From Octopus sinensis (Eukaryota): a stretch of 64,000 nt of DNA. Positions 38,728 through 54,299 of the stretch are shown one piece after another. The position numbers and the translations under genes are program-made. The stretch lies in contig NW_021833275.1 of NCBI RefSeq assembly GCF_006345805.1, forward strand, positions 14,016 through 78,015. The letters are read 5' to 3'. Position 1 is the stretch's first letter, and every line of letters begins with the position of its first letter. The notes below the pieces were generated by a model, which did not search any database, was not told the origin of the DNA, and was given only the letters and a program-made list of their open reading frames with translations.

Positions 38728-38783
38728 AGAAGAAGAAGAAGAAGAAGAAGAAGAAGAAGAAGAAGAAGAAGAAGAAGAAGAAG
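38728..38783. repeat. (GAA)n microsatellite
   Basis: Direct reading. Confidence 0.95.
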
Positions 38784-40261
38784 AGGGGATGAGTTATCGT
38801 TTTATAAACACAAAATTTGACCCGCATTTGTTTGCTGTCTGCTGCAAACATCACATACATCATGTCCAGTGCTAACAGTTCAAGAAAGAATTGATAATGA
38901 TTCGAAAAAATGACATAGAAACAAGTTTCAAACGAAACTTTTTTTATCTGAAAGTTATTGAATATTTCTTTTTTTGAAAACTGTAAAGAAACAAACGAGA
39001 AAAAAAGTAAAAAAAAAAACAACAAAAAAACGATCTCTCTTTCTCTCTCTCACATACACACACTCACACACAGAGCTTATCTTTAAACGTTCTCCCGAAT
39101 CCAATATTTAAGAAAAGAGAAAAACAAAAGTGACCGAAGAGAAATATTTGGTAAACAGATCTTTTTCTCGTAAACGTTACCATCAGAATTAAATAAAAGG
39201 GATGAAACTGTATTATTGTAAAGTAGTAGTTGGGGAGTGAAGGTGCGTGGCTCAGTGGTTAGCGTATACGGCTCGTGGTCGAGAGTTCGATACTTGTGTC
39301 CTAAACGTTGGTTTAGTCTCTTCAACTTATTTCTTTATTGCCCACAAGGGGCTAAACATAGAGGGGACAAACAAGGACAGACAAAGGAATTAAGTCGATT
39401 ACATCGATCCCAGTGCATAACTAGGGTAGTAGCGAAGGTGGCAGTCAAGTTGCTAAGGATGTTGCACCTACGACCATTAGATCGTGGTTTCGAATCCCAG
39501 AGAGGGCGGTACGTTCCGTTCTTGAGCAAAAGACTTCATCTTATGTTGCTCCAGTCCTTGGACTCGTGATAACAATGACTTAGGGATGGTCTATCGATCT
39601 GTTAGTCGAATCGCTAAGTCACACAGACGTAAACAAATCAACGCCGGCTGTCAAAAGGTGGAGGGAGATAACCACATTAAGACACACACACACACATACA
39701 CACACGGCAAGCTTCCGCATAGTTTCCATCTACCAAATATACTCACAAGGCATTGGTCGGTCCAGGACTATAATAGATTCTTGTCCTATGTGCCGCGTTG
39801 TGGGACTGAACGCGAAACAGCGTAGTAGCAAAGCAAGCTTGTTTACCAGGCAGCCATGCCAACAACGAGTGTTTTAGAAGTATGATCTTTTGGTTATGGA
39901 TAATATCAGGAAATATGGCAGATATACAATAATCATATATAGTTTAAGTTTTATCAGATTTATTAGTGTTTACAGAAAACGATGAAATGAATATTAATTT
40001 TCAAAACCAAAAAGCCAAAAAAAAACCCAAATATTTTTTATTTTGGAAATAAAATTAAATAAAACAAATTCTTCGTTCATAAAATTTCTCCCAATACTTT
40101 TCTGTCATTTATTTCCTGGCTTCCTCTTCTGCCTCCCACCAACAAACCTCGTATGAGAGCTCTTCTCTCAACTCTGATGGTAATTCTCGCAGTATCGCTT
40201 TCTTATTCTCTCTCCTCCTCCTCCTCACTCTATATGATGTTAGGCTTGACTGAAGATTCAA

Positions 40262-40680
40262 TCAAGCAACCATGCAAGCAACCAAGCAAGCAACCAAGCA
40301 ACTAACCAAGCAACAAACCAGGTAACCAAGCAACTAACCAGGCAACCAAGCAACTAACCAAGCAACTAACCAAGCAACTAACCAAGCAAACAAGCAACTA
40401 ATCAGGCAACCAAGCAACTAACCAAGCAACCAAGCAACTAACCTGGCAACCAAGCAACTAACCAAGCAACCAAGCAACAAACCAAACAACCAAGCAACCA
40501 AGCAACCAAGCAACCAAGCAAGCAACCAAACAACTAACCAAGCAGCCAAGCAACAAATCAGGCAACCAAGCAACAAACCAAGCACCCAAGCAAGCAACCA
40601 AACAACTAACCAAGCAACCAAGCAAGCAACCAAACAACTAACCAAGCAACCAAGCAACAAACCAAGCAACCAAGCAACCA
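40262..40680. repeat. Minisatellite of CAAGCAAC / CAAGCAACTAAC units
   Basis: Direct reading; explains the LVAWLLG pseudo-ORF. Confidence 0.9.
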
Positions 40681-41279
40681 ACATTTTATCGGCTGTAATC
40701 ATACAAAGACGCTTTTCGTTTGTTTTTCTTTAATTTGCTTCAGTTACTGGAGTGCGGCCATGCTGGGGCACCGCTTTGAAGGGTTTAGTCAAACAAACCA
40801 TTCCCACTAGTTATTTCTAAATCTGATACTTATTATATATTTTCTTCTTAACCCTTAACCGCTAAGTTACAGGGGTCTAAACACCGGCAGTCAAACGGCT
40901 GGGCGACAAACACCAAGATGCATGTACGTGCACACATATGCACATATCTGTATATGTATGTGTGCATGTGCATGCGTGTACGTGTGCGTGTGTGTGTGTG
41001 TATGTTTGTGTATAAAGTTGTATTGTAATATATGGATTCATAGAATTGTGTGGCTGTCATTGAAAGCTAGCAGACAACATTACAGAGAAGTATAATACAG
41101 AGTACCATGCAGCTGAAATTCGGGCACGAATACACGTGTACAACACAATCACACACACACACACATACACACACATACATACATACATACACACATACAT
41201 TTATATATAAACTTAGATAAACTTAGATATGTACTAAATAAACTTAGATAAACTTAGACATGTACGTAAAAGCTAAAAC

Positions 41280-41364
<85 letters not shown>

Positions 41365-41403
41365 GAGAACAGTAGAATAAGTATCAGGCTTGAAAAGCAA
41401 GTG

Positions 41404-41700
41404 TAGGCGCAATGGGCCAGTGGTTTGGGCAGCGGACTCGCGGTCGGAGAATCGCGGTTTCGATTCTCAGACCGGGCGTTGTGTGTGTTTATTGAGCGAA
41501 AACTCTTAAAAAGCTCCACGAGGCTCCGGCAGGAGGTGGTGGTGACCTCTGTTCTACTCTTTCATCACAACTTTCACTCACTCTTTCTTTCTGTTTCTTG
41601 AGTAACGCTGCGATGGACTGGCCTCCCGTCCAGCTGGGGGAACACATACGCCACAGAAACCGGGAAACCGGGCCTATAAGCTTGGCTAGGCTTGAAAAGG
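41404..41700 (+). mobile_element. tRNA-derived SINE with V-domain-like motif
   Basis: tRNA head and GCGATGGACTGGCCTCCCGTCCAG; homologous to 3590-3804. Confidence 0.72.
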
Positions 41701-42194
41701 GTGACGTTTTGAAAAGCAAGTACTGGGGTTCAATTTGATCGACCAAATTCTTCAAGGCGGTGCTCCTGCATGACCGGATTCCAATAATTGAAAAAAAAAA
41801 TAAATAAAAGGTAAAAATTTAAAGATAGAAGATTTATTGTAAAAGGAAGAAAACGGTCGTCCATTCTTCACGTCAAGCTAAATTAACCAATTATCTGACC
41901 TCATTTAATTACGCTTATCCAATCACATTCAAATCTAATTGTAGAAATCTTATTATTATTTTGACCAGTAAAGATTGCTGATCATCTTTAGATAAGATGA
42001 TATTCTAGATAACATTTTTGAAGTATTGGCTAGTTTAGATATTTATATATATTTGGTCCTTGAAAAGTTCGAAAGATCTCCGGCTATTAAGCGATCGCCA
42101 AACATAATTATCTTAATAGAAGAAAAAAAATAGCTGTTTAGTAATTTTGATGGCTGCCAAACGAAAGTATATATTTACATATTTAAGTAATAGG

Positions 42195-42360
42195 TGCATG
42201 CGTAACTGTGGTAAGAAGCTTACTTTTCAACCATATGCTTCCGGGTTGAGTCCCACTGCGTGATACTTTGGGCAAGTGTCCTCTATGATAGCCTCGGGCC
42301 GACCAAAGCCTTGTGAATGGATTTGGTAGACGGAAACTGAAAGAAATCTGTCGTCTGTCT
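42195..42360 (+). mobile_element. SINE family A 5' half, running into the (TATC)n target of E2
   Basis: Head/core to GAAACTGAAAGAAAT, then (TCTG)(TATC)n. Confidence 0.8.
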
Positions 42361-42363
42361 GTG

Positions 42364-42465
<102 letters not shown>

Positions 42466-42704
42466 CGGACGTGCTGTCAGTTCGGCTCCGAAGGTAATCG
42501 TTTATTTTGACTATTTATAGCCCATATTTTGTGTACATTTTTGCAAATAAGGTGTGTAAGGCACCCAACTTTCGTTTGAGTGCTTTTCCAAGGGAGGAAT
42601 TCGCCCCTAGGGGCAGTTTCAACCCCATTTCATTTCTGTAATTTGCTTCTCGACATTAGAAAATATCGAGGAATTTTATTGTAGAACGCTGGTCGCGTTC
42701 CTTT

Positions 42705-44894
42705 ATGGACCAGCATTTTCCAAGTTTGGAAACGCTAGGAGAAAAAAAGAACGTACGCACGCAAAGTGCAAACATGAATATCGGTGGAATGAACGCTGCA
42801 ACCACGTGCGGTAACAGCACTGTCACCACCGCCACCACCACTAACAACAACAACAACGGGACTACTACTGCTACCACCACCACCTCCACCACCACCACCA
42901 CAGCCACCTCATCCACTACCTCAACTACCAACAACAACAACAACAATAACAATGACAACAAGAATAACAATTGCGCCACCATTTCGACATCTGCTGCCAC
43001 GGCTGTCTCTTCTGCAACTGACACCACTGCCAACAACAAAAACAACAAAAACAACAATAACAACAACAACAATCCCGTTCAGACCTTGTCTCCTACAACA
43101 ACAAGAACTGAAAAGAATAAACAAAAGACTGTGACCACCAAACAAATTGACAAAAGCTGCTTGAATACAGGGATAAACTATGCAAGTAATTTTCCACCCC
43201 TTCCTACTTGCACAATCAAACCAAATACACCGATTTTACCAACTGCAGCCAACAACAACATCACCACCAGCAACAACAATAACAAAACAACAACAAATTT
43301 CGCCGAGGCGATAAAAGAAAAAAAGACAACAGTATATTTTACTGCACAACAAATAAAAGACACGAACATTTCAATAACGGAAGTAGATGGTATAGTAAAA
43401 ATAAACATACCACAAGAAATATTAGAAGATGAAAAAAAAGAACAATTATTTATAAAATAATTAATAAGAAAACAAAAAGTCCAGAGAAGGCTAACACAAG
43501 CAAAATAGAAAATGCTTGAAACCCATCTGGAACTACAAAGAGTATGTGACCTGGTGGAACAAGTTCGCACACATACAAGTGGTCTTCCACACTGAAGAGT
43601 TAGCAAGACGTTTCTCAACGCTAACTCTTCATTCAGATGAACTTCAACTAACACCAAGCTATCGTGGACAGAAAGTGACTAAGATCACTTTAAACAATGT
43701 CCCCAAAATAGCTAACAATCTCTGGCTAGTAAAGGCCTTATGTGTAAAAATGAAAGATTTCACAATTTTAGAAACCACGGTCACGGAGCACAAAATCTGG
43801 GTGGGAAAAAAAGGAGCATTTCTACTACATATAAACCAAGAGGACATAAAGAAAATACCCACCCAGATATGTGTATTAGAAGACCACAAGTTGTATGTGG
43901 TCGTCGATGGCAGAAGACCACGTTGCTACATATGCGGCAGTGAGCAACACCTAAAAAAAGATTGCAAATCTACCGCAAGAAAACAACAGCAACAACAACA
44001 GCAGCCGGAAAAAACAAATAAACCAGCTTTACTACCCACACCACGTTTTGCACGAACAGGACTAATCACAGAAAACCAACAAAAAACAAACCTCACCAAC
44101 CAAACAACCACACCAACTGCACCAAGAACAGAAGCAACACCACCAACAACAACAACCAAGAATAAACCAACTCCCAAAGCAAGGACATCTGCCAAAAAGA
44201 CACTCATCGAGAATGAAGAAACAATTACTACTCCTAATCCCCACAAAATTGACACCCCAAACAACACAAAAATACCTACAATCACTCAAACACAAAATAC
44301 CCACACTCCACCTCCAAAACCGCATACACCACAACCTAACGCTCACCAACCAACACCAACAACAAAATCAACACAGTCTACAATAGACCCCCAATATTCT
44401 CCCTCTTCCAAGCTCTGATTCTTCTGATTTGTCATTAGACGAAGAAGACACAGAAGATTGGCAAATAGCCACAGGAGGGAGAAGAAAAAGGGAGAAAAAA
44501 AAGAAAAGAAAAGATAACAAACAAAGCAAGAAGATTCACCACTCCCGAAACAAAAACATCCACAGAAAACAAACACATCAACACAAACACACCATCATCA
44601 AACCCCCCAACAATGTTGACAGCCATAAACACAAACAACCACGACCTAATGGAACACATTAGGTCAAACACCAACATAACTGAAAACGACATAAAAACAA
44701 GTAACCACCCAGGCACAACACCACCACAACACATTAAAATAATACACGTAACACAGAACACATACAGCACCCTGGAATCTCTTTACCCTGATGCAGTAGG
44801 GAGATTTCAAAAGTATTCATCAAAGAAACTATACAAAAGCCTCATGGAAGAAGAGTGTGAGGTGAAAAACAAAGGACTTTCGAACAACAAGTAA
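42705..44894 (+). pseudogene. E2 ORF1 (CCHC zinc knuckle)
   Basis: Track ORFs 42705-43460, 43516-44418, 44429- and 44613-44894; CYICGSEQHLKKDC; diverged from but colinear with E1/E3 ORF1. Confidence 0.85.
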
Positions 44895-44960
44895 ACTTTT
44901 CTCTCTCTCTTTCCTTTTTTGCACTTTCTTTTCGTGTGTAAAACACAATCTTATCGGAAC

Positions 44961-47900
44961 ATGCTCAGAATAGGCAGTATAAATGTACGTGGCTTTGGGT
45001 CGCCTTGGAAACAAGGCTACCTGTTAAATGACATCAAGTCACTAAATCTGAATATCATAGCCATCAGTGAGACCAGACTCCACAGCTTGCGGGCACTCCA
45101 GCACAGTTTCGGTACACATTTCAACATTTATTTTTCTCTGTGTCTACCGAGAATGGGCGTAGGTGGCACCGCGGTGCTTATCCGGAAGAGTCTGGATCTC
45201 AAAGTAAGAGCAAATTTCCTAGACCCGGAGGGTAGGCTGGTCGTTTTGGATGTCGATAGCAGCAATGAGTGTGCTTTTCGACTGATAGCAGTTTATGCTC
45301 CGTCCTTAACAGGCCGACCAGATTTCTTTCGAGTCTTTCATTGGAACGTCTCGTCCTTTACTTTTAGTGGGGGATTGGAATGCCACCCTGGACACGCATC
45401 TAGACTACGTGGGCAGAGATAGCAATAGAAGGGGATGCAAATGCCTCAAAGACCTGCTCAGACGTTTCGAACTGTCTGACAGGTACCGACTGGACCACCC
45501 GAATGTGCCAATGTGGACATGGAGTAACCGCATCGGGTCGTCCAGATCATACTTAGATAGAGTATTCTGTAAGACAATAGATAAAAATAGTGTAGGTTGT
45601 CCACAATTTCATATAGTCAGTTACACAGATCACAAGTTTGTGACTTGTACACTTGACTTACATAAGACACATAGGCAGGGTCCTGGTTACTGGAAACTGA
45701 ACGCGTCTTTTACAGCACGACAGGTTTACAGGGACCGGATCAGCACATTAGTTAAGAGAGCTTTGACGGGTACCATCATCAACAACAGATTGTCCTGAAA
45801 AAAGTTGTCCTGCCCTAAAAAAAGCAATTAAAGCAGAATCAGTCAGATACAGTAAAGCACTAGCATTAGACCGAAATAGAATAGAGGGAGAATTAGTTAA
45901 GGTTTTAGAAGAGGCACTTAGAACTGGCATCGCGTCCAACGTGCAGGCGGCGAGATTGGACCTCGACCAACACCTCAACGCCAAACACGAGGGATGCGTT
46001 GTCAGAGCTAGGATGCGTGCTCTGAGGAACGAAGGAGTTGGAGCCGCCCAAGAGGCCCGAGTGGTGGAGACGCAACGAGGCAACAGAGCCACCATCAAGT
46101 CTCTTATAGATGAACAGGGGCGCGAATTGCTCGAGCCTAAAAGGATGTGTGGGGCTTTTCAACAACACTTCACCCAACTGTTTGGGACAAGTGGTGGGTC
46201 AGAACGCAGAGTGGACTTTAGTGCCTACCTGCATGCCTTTCCACGACTCTCAGCAAGAGAGGTGGAGTCTTGTGAAAGGCCTATCACAGCTGCGGACGTA
46301 CAGGATGTGCGAGAGACAAGTCACCAGGCTTGGATGGTCTGCCCTACGACCTTTATTTTCATATGCCAGACTTGTTTGGAGGCGTCTTGGCAACTGTCTA
46401 CTGAAACTGGCAGCAAAACGGGAGTATTCCTGCTTTTGTAAAGCGAGGAGCAGTGGCACTGATTAAGAAAGACCCAAACAAGGGGGACGTCATAGATAAT
46501 TTCAGGCCCATCACTCTGCTCAACGCAGATTTGAAAATTTTGGCCAAGGTGTTAGCCGAGAGGTTGGCCCTTGTCATCAAGAAACTAATCGACAAGGTGC
46601 AAACATGCGCCGTGCCGGGTAGAAGTATTCATGACAACCTCCATCTGATGCGCTACATCATAGACAGGGTAGTTAAGAATCCTGGCATGGGTGGGGCGCT
46701 GATCAATTTGGATCACTCAAAAGCCTTCGATAGGGTAGACCATCACTACTTGGAGGCTGTCCTTAAAGCGGCTGGTTTCGGTCCAGTTTTCCGCGGTTGG
46801 ATCGCTGCCTTATACAGCGGCATCCGCTCAGTAGCTCGCGTAAATGGTCATCTATCCAGACCTTTTAACATCATGCGTTCGGTTCGTCAGGGATGCCCCC
46901 TCTCATCGCTACTGTATGTATTGACTCTTGAGCCACTACTGCGGAAACTGGCGACGCTGAGGGGCATCCCACGAGAGCTGGGTTGCGGGAGGAGCGTGTC
47001 TGCATACGCGGATGACGTCACCGTCATAGTGTCGAGCTATGAGCACATCGAGCTGGTCGGCGAGACACTAAAAGAATACGAAGCGGTAACGGGAGCAAAA
47101 ATTAACCGGGAAATGTCAGTGGGCTTGCGGCTCGGCACCTGGAGAAGCAGGCCCATGCCGTCCAACAGCGTCTCCATCGTGGGACGCTGGACGGACGGAC
47201 CGGTTAAATTGCTCGGGTTCTGGTTCGGTCCGGACCTCCAAATGGAGAAGAACTGGGGCGAGATAACGACTAGGGTGGCTACTCTCACCCAGAAATGGGC
47301 TGAGAGAAAGCTATCCCTAAAAGGTCGGGCGGAGGTGGCGAACGCGTACATCGCATCCGTCATCGAGTATCGTCTGACCGTCGTGCCTTGTCCCGACCCT
47401 ACCATCAGCAAACTGGAACGTATACTCTTCCGCTTTTTGTGGAAGGGAAACGTTCCGATGGTTAGGCGATCCATTTACTGTCAACACCCGCTAAATGGAG
47501 GGCTGGGCATGCCGTGGTTGATGATGCGCAGACATGCGCTGAGACTGCGACATCTCCGGCGCTTCATAGACAACGGTGAACAGGTGTGGTCGCCTTTTGT
47601 GCGGCGCGCTTTTCCGCAGCTCGTCTCCTTGGACGAACTACAGTCATGGATCAAACAGAGACCGAGGCTAGGCGAATGGCACCGCGAGTGCCGCGTTGCT
47701 CTCAAGCAACTCTGCCGTCCGGGATCGAACTTGTGCGACTCCATCACAACAAAGGCATTCTATAGAGGATTAGTGGAGGGGAGGTGCAACGACGAACTCG
47801 GGCAGAGTCTGGGCGTCGACGAGGAACACCTGACCCGCCTGTTCAGGACAACTTTCGGGCCGGGACCTATGAACAACCACCAAAGATCCCTGGCCTGGCA

Positions 47901-48390
47901 GTGCTATCGAGAAGCATTACCTGTTCGGGATAAGCTCTACAGACACAGTTCCAGACACACTGGACCGACTTGCCCGAGATGCGGTCAGAGCGACGAAACC
48001 GTTCTGCAAGCACTCGTGCAATGTCCAACCATTTCAGACCTGTGGGCTTATGCCGAACGGCTGCTGTCACGTGTGGGACGAATCCGCCTATCGGCCGAGT
48101 CTATCGTGAGAATTGCTCCGCCCCATTCCCTCAACCGGGAAGGCAAGGCAGTTTTCATCGTACTGGTGGCCATGGTGAAAGAATGTGTGTGGTGGACCCG
48201 AGCGAAAGGATTAGAGACAAACACTTACCTCTCTGGCCAATCGCTCATCAACTTTTTCAAGTACCACTTGAAAAGGAAGGTGAGAATGGAGAGGGAAGTT
48301 TTGTCTCGCGAAAGATCCAAAAAAAGATGGGTGAATGTTGCAAAGATGGTGCGTGCGAGTAACGAAACCATTTTGAGCATGATCCTGTAG
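44961..48390 (+). pseudogene. E2 ORF2 (APE + RT + Zn finger)
   Basis: MLRIGSINVRG, SETRLH, VYAPS, GDWN, SYLDR, TDHK; NFRPITLLNADLKI, KAFDRVDH, RQGCPLS, YADD; several frameshifts 5' of 46453. Confidence 0.93.
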
Positions 48391-48687
48391 ATCGTAAAAA
48401 AGAAAGAAAGAGAGCATTTTGATCTCATGTGGTTATTTCCTCCCTGACTGAGGTTCCCGTGGTCTTTTTTGTTGGCTTTTCTTCCCACGGATGAACCCAA
48501 TCTTGTTTTATCAATGTTTTTATCATTATTTCTGTGATACACGATTTCTTTTCTTTTTTTCCTCCTCTCGATCCCTTTTGATCGCAATCTTACATTTATT
48601 TTCTTTTTTTTCCACCCTCGAAAAGAAAAGCTCTGCATTTGTATTTGTCCCCTCTGTATTCAGCCCTGTGTGGCTAATAAAAGAAAG

Positions 48688-48767
<80 letters not shown>

Positions 48768-48967
48768 GTACGGACGTGCTGTCAGTTCGGCTCCGAAGGT
48801 AATCGTTTATTTTGACAATTTATAGCCCATATTTTGTGTACATTTTTGCAAATAAGGTGTGTAAGGCACCCAACTTTCGTTTGAGTGCTTTTCCAAGGGA
48901 GGAATTCGCCCCTAGAGGCAGTTTCAACCCCATTTCATTTCTGTAATTTTCTTCTCGACATTAAGAA

Positions 48968-50846
48968 ATGTCGAGAAATTTTATTGTAGAACGCTGGTCG
49001 CGTTCCTTTATGGACCAGCACTTTCCTAGTTTGGAAACGCTAGGAGAAGAAAAAAAGAACTCATTCACGCAAAGTGCAAACATGAATATCGTTGGAATGA
49101 ACGCTGCAATCACGTGCGGTAACAGCCCGGTCACCACCGCCACCAACAACGGGACTACTACTGCTACCACCACCACCTCCACCACCACCACCACCACCAC
49201 CACCACCAAAACCAACATAAATGATAAAAATGAAACTCACGCGAATACTATTAAGAAAAACAACAAGAACAACAAGAACAACAATAAAAATGAACTATCT
49301 AATAGTGAAGATGTTAATACAAAAAGATCAACAACACCAGTAAATTTCGCTGACACTCTGCGTCAGAAGAAAGAGCTTGTAACATTTACAAATGAAGAGC
49401 TCATAGAAACGAGAGCTCTCTTTACAACCCGTGGGCAAGATTTAGTGCTACATACACCTCAACACATAAAGCAAGAAATAGAAAATAAGACAATTATATA
49501 TAAAATCATAAGAAAAAACAAAAACTAAATGAACAGATTACAAAAACAGATGTAGAAAAATGCTTAAAAAACATAATGAAAGAAAAAGAATATATAAACT
49601 GGGGTCCCCAGTTTAACACAGTAGTGGTCCGCTTCCCTAACCAGGAAGTGGCAAAAGCTCACTCTACTGAGTCTCTGGGAAATGATGAAATCATCATATT
49701 CCCATACTATAAAAACCAGAGAGTGAGTCGAATCACAATTAAAAATGTACCTCCCGAGATTCCTAACAAATGGATAACAGGGGCAATCTGTTACCATTTA
49801 AAAAATATCAACATTTTGGAAACCGCCGTGTACCTTGGCGACATTTGGGGTGGGAAGACAATAGTGGTGACGATACAGATTGAGGGGGCCTCTATCGAGA
49901 GCCTACCGGATAAGATCCACTTGGAAAATGGGCAATGCCTATATGTTGTAGCAAAAGGCAAAAAGCCTAGATGCTACAACTGTGGCAGCCCCGAACATTT
50001 AATTGCCAAGTGCGCTCTAGTACAGAAAAAACAAGAAAGAAGAAATCAGAAAACAAATAAAAAACCCTTGTTGCCAACACCAACACCAACACACTCAATC
50101 ATGGAACAATGCCAAGAAAAACAACAAACCAGCATACAAACCCAACAACATCACCAAGAAAAGAAACAGTACTAACACAATCACCGTTGACGTCACAACC
50201 AATTCAACATGCTGAACCAACAAAAAATAGACCAACACCAACACCGAGAACGACAATTAAAAAGACAGAAAACAGTGACGAGAAGACAAATTCTACCCTT
50301 AACATCATAACAGCACAAACACCGCACAAAACATGAACAATTTATACAAGCATACATAGTAATGCAAATGCTTTGCCTTTACCTCCTACTGATACGTCGG
50401 ACGACGAAAGTTCGACGGAATGGCAAATAGCCACAGGGGGTAAAAGGAAAAGATCCAAAAAATCCACCAAACAAGGAAGTAAAGCAGGGAGACATCTAAC
50501 TCAGGACAACATACCCCTAGACAATCAAAAAAGCAATGAACCCGTAAAACCACACACACAACTAACTGCAATAGACACAGACAATAAAGAATTAATGGAC
50601 TACATCACATCCAGCACGGACATATGTGAAGATGACTTTAAGACAAACAATCATCCGCACACCACACCACCGAAACACATCAGAATTTTACACATAACAC
50701 AAGCACAACACCACATACTGAAAACAATATTTCCGAATGCGGTAAGCGGGTTTCAACGATACCTGTCGAAAAACTATACAAACACCTCATCAAAAACAAT
50801 ACAAAAGAAGAACAAAAAAAATGAAACTTCTAAAATGAGTAAGTGA
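48968..50846 (+). pseudogene. E3 ORF1
   Basis: CYNCGSPEHLIAKC; colinear with E1 ORF1; frameshifts. Confidence 0.87.
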
Positions 50847-50903
50847 CCTCCCCTCTTGCCTCTTGTCTCTTCTAATGTAGTGTGTAAAACACAATTTTCG
50901 TAA

Positions 50904-52538
50904 ATGTCAAGTATGCTTAAATTAGGTTGTGTGAATGCGCGTGGCTTGGCGTCGGCTTGGCGTCGGCTTGGAAGCAAGGTTACCTTCTAAACGACATCAA
51001 GTCACTGAACGTGGATATAGTAGCTATCAGTGAAACCAGACTCAGTAAGCCGCGGGCCCTCGAGTCCATGTTTGGCAATCAATTTGACATTTATTTTTCT
51101 CCCTGTCTGCCGAACATGGGTGGTGGCGGTACCGCGGTGCTGTTTCGAAAGAGTCCAAATGTAAAGTAAGAGCAACAATCCTAGACCCGGAGGGTAGGCT
51201 GGTTGTCTTGGACGTGGATGGCAGAAATGGGTGTGCATTCCGTCTGATGGCAGTTTATGCACCGTCCTTAACGGGTCGGGCGGATTTCTTCAGACGTCTA
51301 GACCTTTACTGTTAGTAGGGGATTGGAACGCTACCGTGGACACGCATCTAGATTATGTGGGAAGGGATAGGAATAGAAGGGGGTGTAAGAGCCTCAAAGA
51401 CCTGCTCAGACGTTTCCATTTGTCTGACAGGTTCCGACTCGACCATCCGAACGTGCCAACGTGGACTTGGACAAACCGCGTCGGATCGTCGAGATCTTAT
51501 CTAGATAGAATTCTATGCAGGACAGCGGATAAGGATAGTGTAGGATGTCCACAATTTAAAATAGTCAGCTACACAGATCACAAATTTGTTACGTGTACGC
51601 TCGTCTTAGATAAAACTGAACACGTCGCTGTTAGCGCGACAGGTTTACAGGAACCGGATTAGCGAGTTAATTAAGAGGGCGCTGACAGGAGCGATCGTTA
51701 ACAACCGCTGGTGGTACGCCCTGAAAATGGCAATAAAATCGGAATCAATTAGGTTTAGCAAGGAATTAGCGATAGAACGAAATAGAGTAGAGGGAGACTT
51801 GGTTAAGAAACTAGAAGAGGCACTTACCACTGGCAGCGCAACCAACGTGCTGGCATCGAGGATGGCCCTCGACCAACACCTCAACGCCAAGCACGAAGGT
51901 TGCGTCATCAGAGCTAAAATGCGTGCCTTAAGGAACGAAGGGATCGAAGCTGCGCGAGAGGCCCGGGTAGCGGAGGCGCAGCGTGGCAACAGATCCACCA
52001 TTCGGTCTCTAATAGATCAACAGGGATGCAGTTTACTCGAACCCGAAAGGATGTGTGAGGCCTTTCAACAGCACTTTGCTCGACTGTTTGGTGCGAGTGG
52101 TGGGTCGGAACGCGGGATGGATTTCAGTGCCTACCTGACCGACCTGCCGCGGCTCTCGGCAAGAGAAGCGGAGTGTTGTGAAAGTCCCCTCACAACCGCT
52201 GACGTGTGGGATGCGATGGCGGGCTGCGCGAGGGATAAGTCGCCTGGATTGGATGGTTTACCCTACGAGCTGTATTGTCGAATGCCAGACTTGTTTGGCG
52301 ACCTCTTGGCATCAGTCTACTGCAACTGGCAACAAAACGGGAGAATCCCCGGTTTCGTGAGCCGAGGTGCAGTAACGTTGCTGAAGAAAGACCCAAACAA
52401 GGGGAATTTTATAGATAATTTCAGGCCCATCACTCTGCTCAACGCAGATTTGAAAATTTTGGCCAAAGTAATAGCCGAGAGGTTGGCGCTTGTCATTGGT
52501 AAACTGGTCGAACCATACATGACAACCATGACAACCTC
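50904..52538 (+). pseudogene. E3 ORF2, truncated within the RT
   Basis: APE motifs and NFRPITLLNADLKILAK present; YADD region deleted. Confidence 0.88.
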
Positions 52539-52706
52539 TATACATATATATATTGCCTTTTTATACACCACACAACCCACTGATCCCTATTGATCAAACG
52601 TGTTTTTTTTTGTGCCCCACCCATCCCACCTCGAAAAGAAAAAATTCTACATTGTATTTCGTCCATTTTTATTCTGTATTTAGCCCTGTGTGGCTACAAT
52701 AAAAAG

Positions 52707-52814
<108 letters not shown>

Positions 52815-53087
52815 ATATATAAACATGTATGTATATAATTTATACAATATCATAAACTTAGTTTTGTAAAAGCTATTTCGTATTACCGAACAGCTTCATG
52901 TTGAAGAACCTTCCAAATGTGGAAAGGTAAATTAACAATCATCAGGTATAGTTGGAGGGGAAAATATAGCTAGGGCTCGTATTACTAGGGGTTTGAAACC
53001 ATTATATCTATTTAATGACTCGTAGAGAAGGAAAATATATAAAAACTCACCATAAAAAATGTTGAGGGTATATATATAAATATATAT

Positions 53088-53350
53088 AGGCACACTGCAA
53101 CATAATTTCTTTTCCTCAACAGGCCCTGCCCTGTTTAACATTGTTCCGAAAGAGATCATAGAGGAAAAGGATCCCATCAACTTTAAACGGAGTCTGGATA
53201 GATTTCTTCAAGGAATACCGGATAAGCCACACATAATTTGATACAACTCACCCAACAAGAACTCACTACTTGAATGGATCATAAACAAAACTTGACTTAA
53301 ACAGGATTTAGATAATCCTATCAGGTAGTGCTATTAAGTTAGACATGGTC
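53088..53350 (+). pseudogene. CR1-group LINE 3' fragment
   Basis: STGPALFNIVPKEIIEEKDPINFKRSLDRFLQGIPDKP...NKNSLLEW resembles the CR1 C-terminal GPxLFNxLP..FKxxLDxFL..IPD motif. Confidence 0.7.
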
Positions 53351-53458
53351 GTATATATAAATGTGTGTGTATGTATGTATGTATGTATGTATGTATGTAT
53401 GTATGTATGTATGTATGTATGTGTGTGTGTATGTGTGTATGTGTGTGTGTGTGTGTGT

Positions 53459-53500
<42 letters not shown>

Positions 53501-54299
53501 TTTTATTGTGCGCGTGTGTTCAGGCCTGAATTTCAGCTGCATGGTACTCTGTATTATACTTGTCTGTAATGTTGTCTGCTAGCCGAGTCCGCTAGAAGAG
53601 CTTTCAATGATAGCCACACGATTCTGTGAATCCATATATTACAATACAACTTTATACACACACATACGCACACACACACACGCACACACACGTACACGCA
53701 CGCACATACACACATACACATACACACACGCTCACACACACATACACACGCAAAGAGACACGCAGTTCATAAGTATGGGGTGAGGATGGGCTACAGATCA
53801 CCGAAAGCAATTTACAGCAAAACAACCTTCACAGCATACGGACGTACAAGGAGTTATTGTGATATATATGCTATTATAGAAAATCATAGATTCCATTAGA
53901 TATCTATTATAATGGAATATATTTATACTATTCTTAATAATAGTTTTACACAAGGATTTTTGCGTACGTGCTTGTACAGCTTTCTTTATATGACGTAAAT
54001 TAGTATACACAGACGCGTATATACACACACGTGTGTGTGTGTGTGTGTGTATAAAATGTAATATCAGAATAATGAGCTATTAATAAGGGATTGTCAGCCC
54101 GGTCAAACTACTTCTCAACTCCCTATTAATACAGAGACACCTGTCTGGGAAAAATGTTTTCAGATTGGTAAGATCCAAAGTTGAAGCCCATCACGAATCG
54201 ATTTTTGTAAGTCCATGGTTCCATTCCCCAGTCAATTTGCTCTTTTTCACAGAACGATATACAAGGCAAGGCATAAATAATGGTCTTTCTTCATTTGTG

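Noticed and set aside
40262-40680. Regular repeat array considered as CRISPR-like
   Set aside because: 8-12-bp units without unique spacers, in eukaryotic context.
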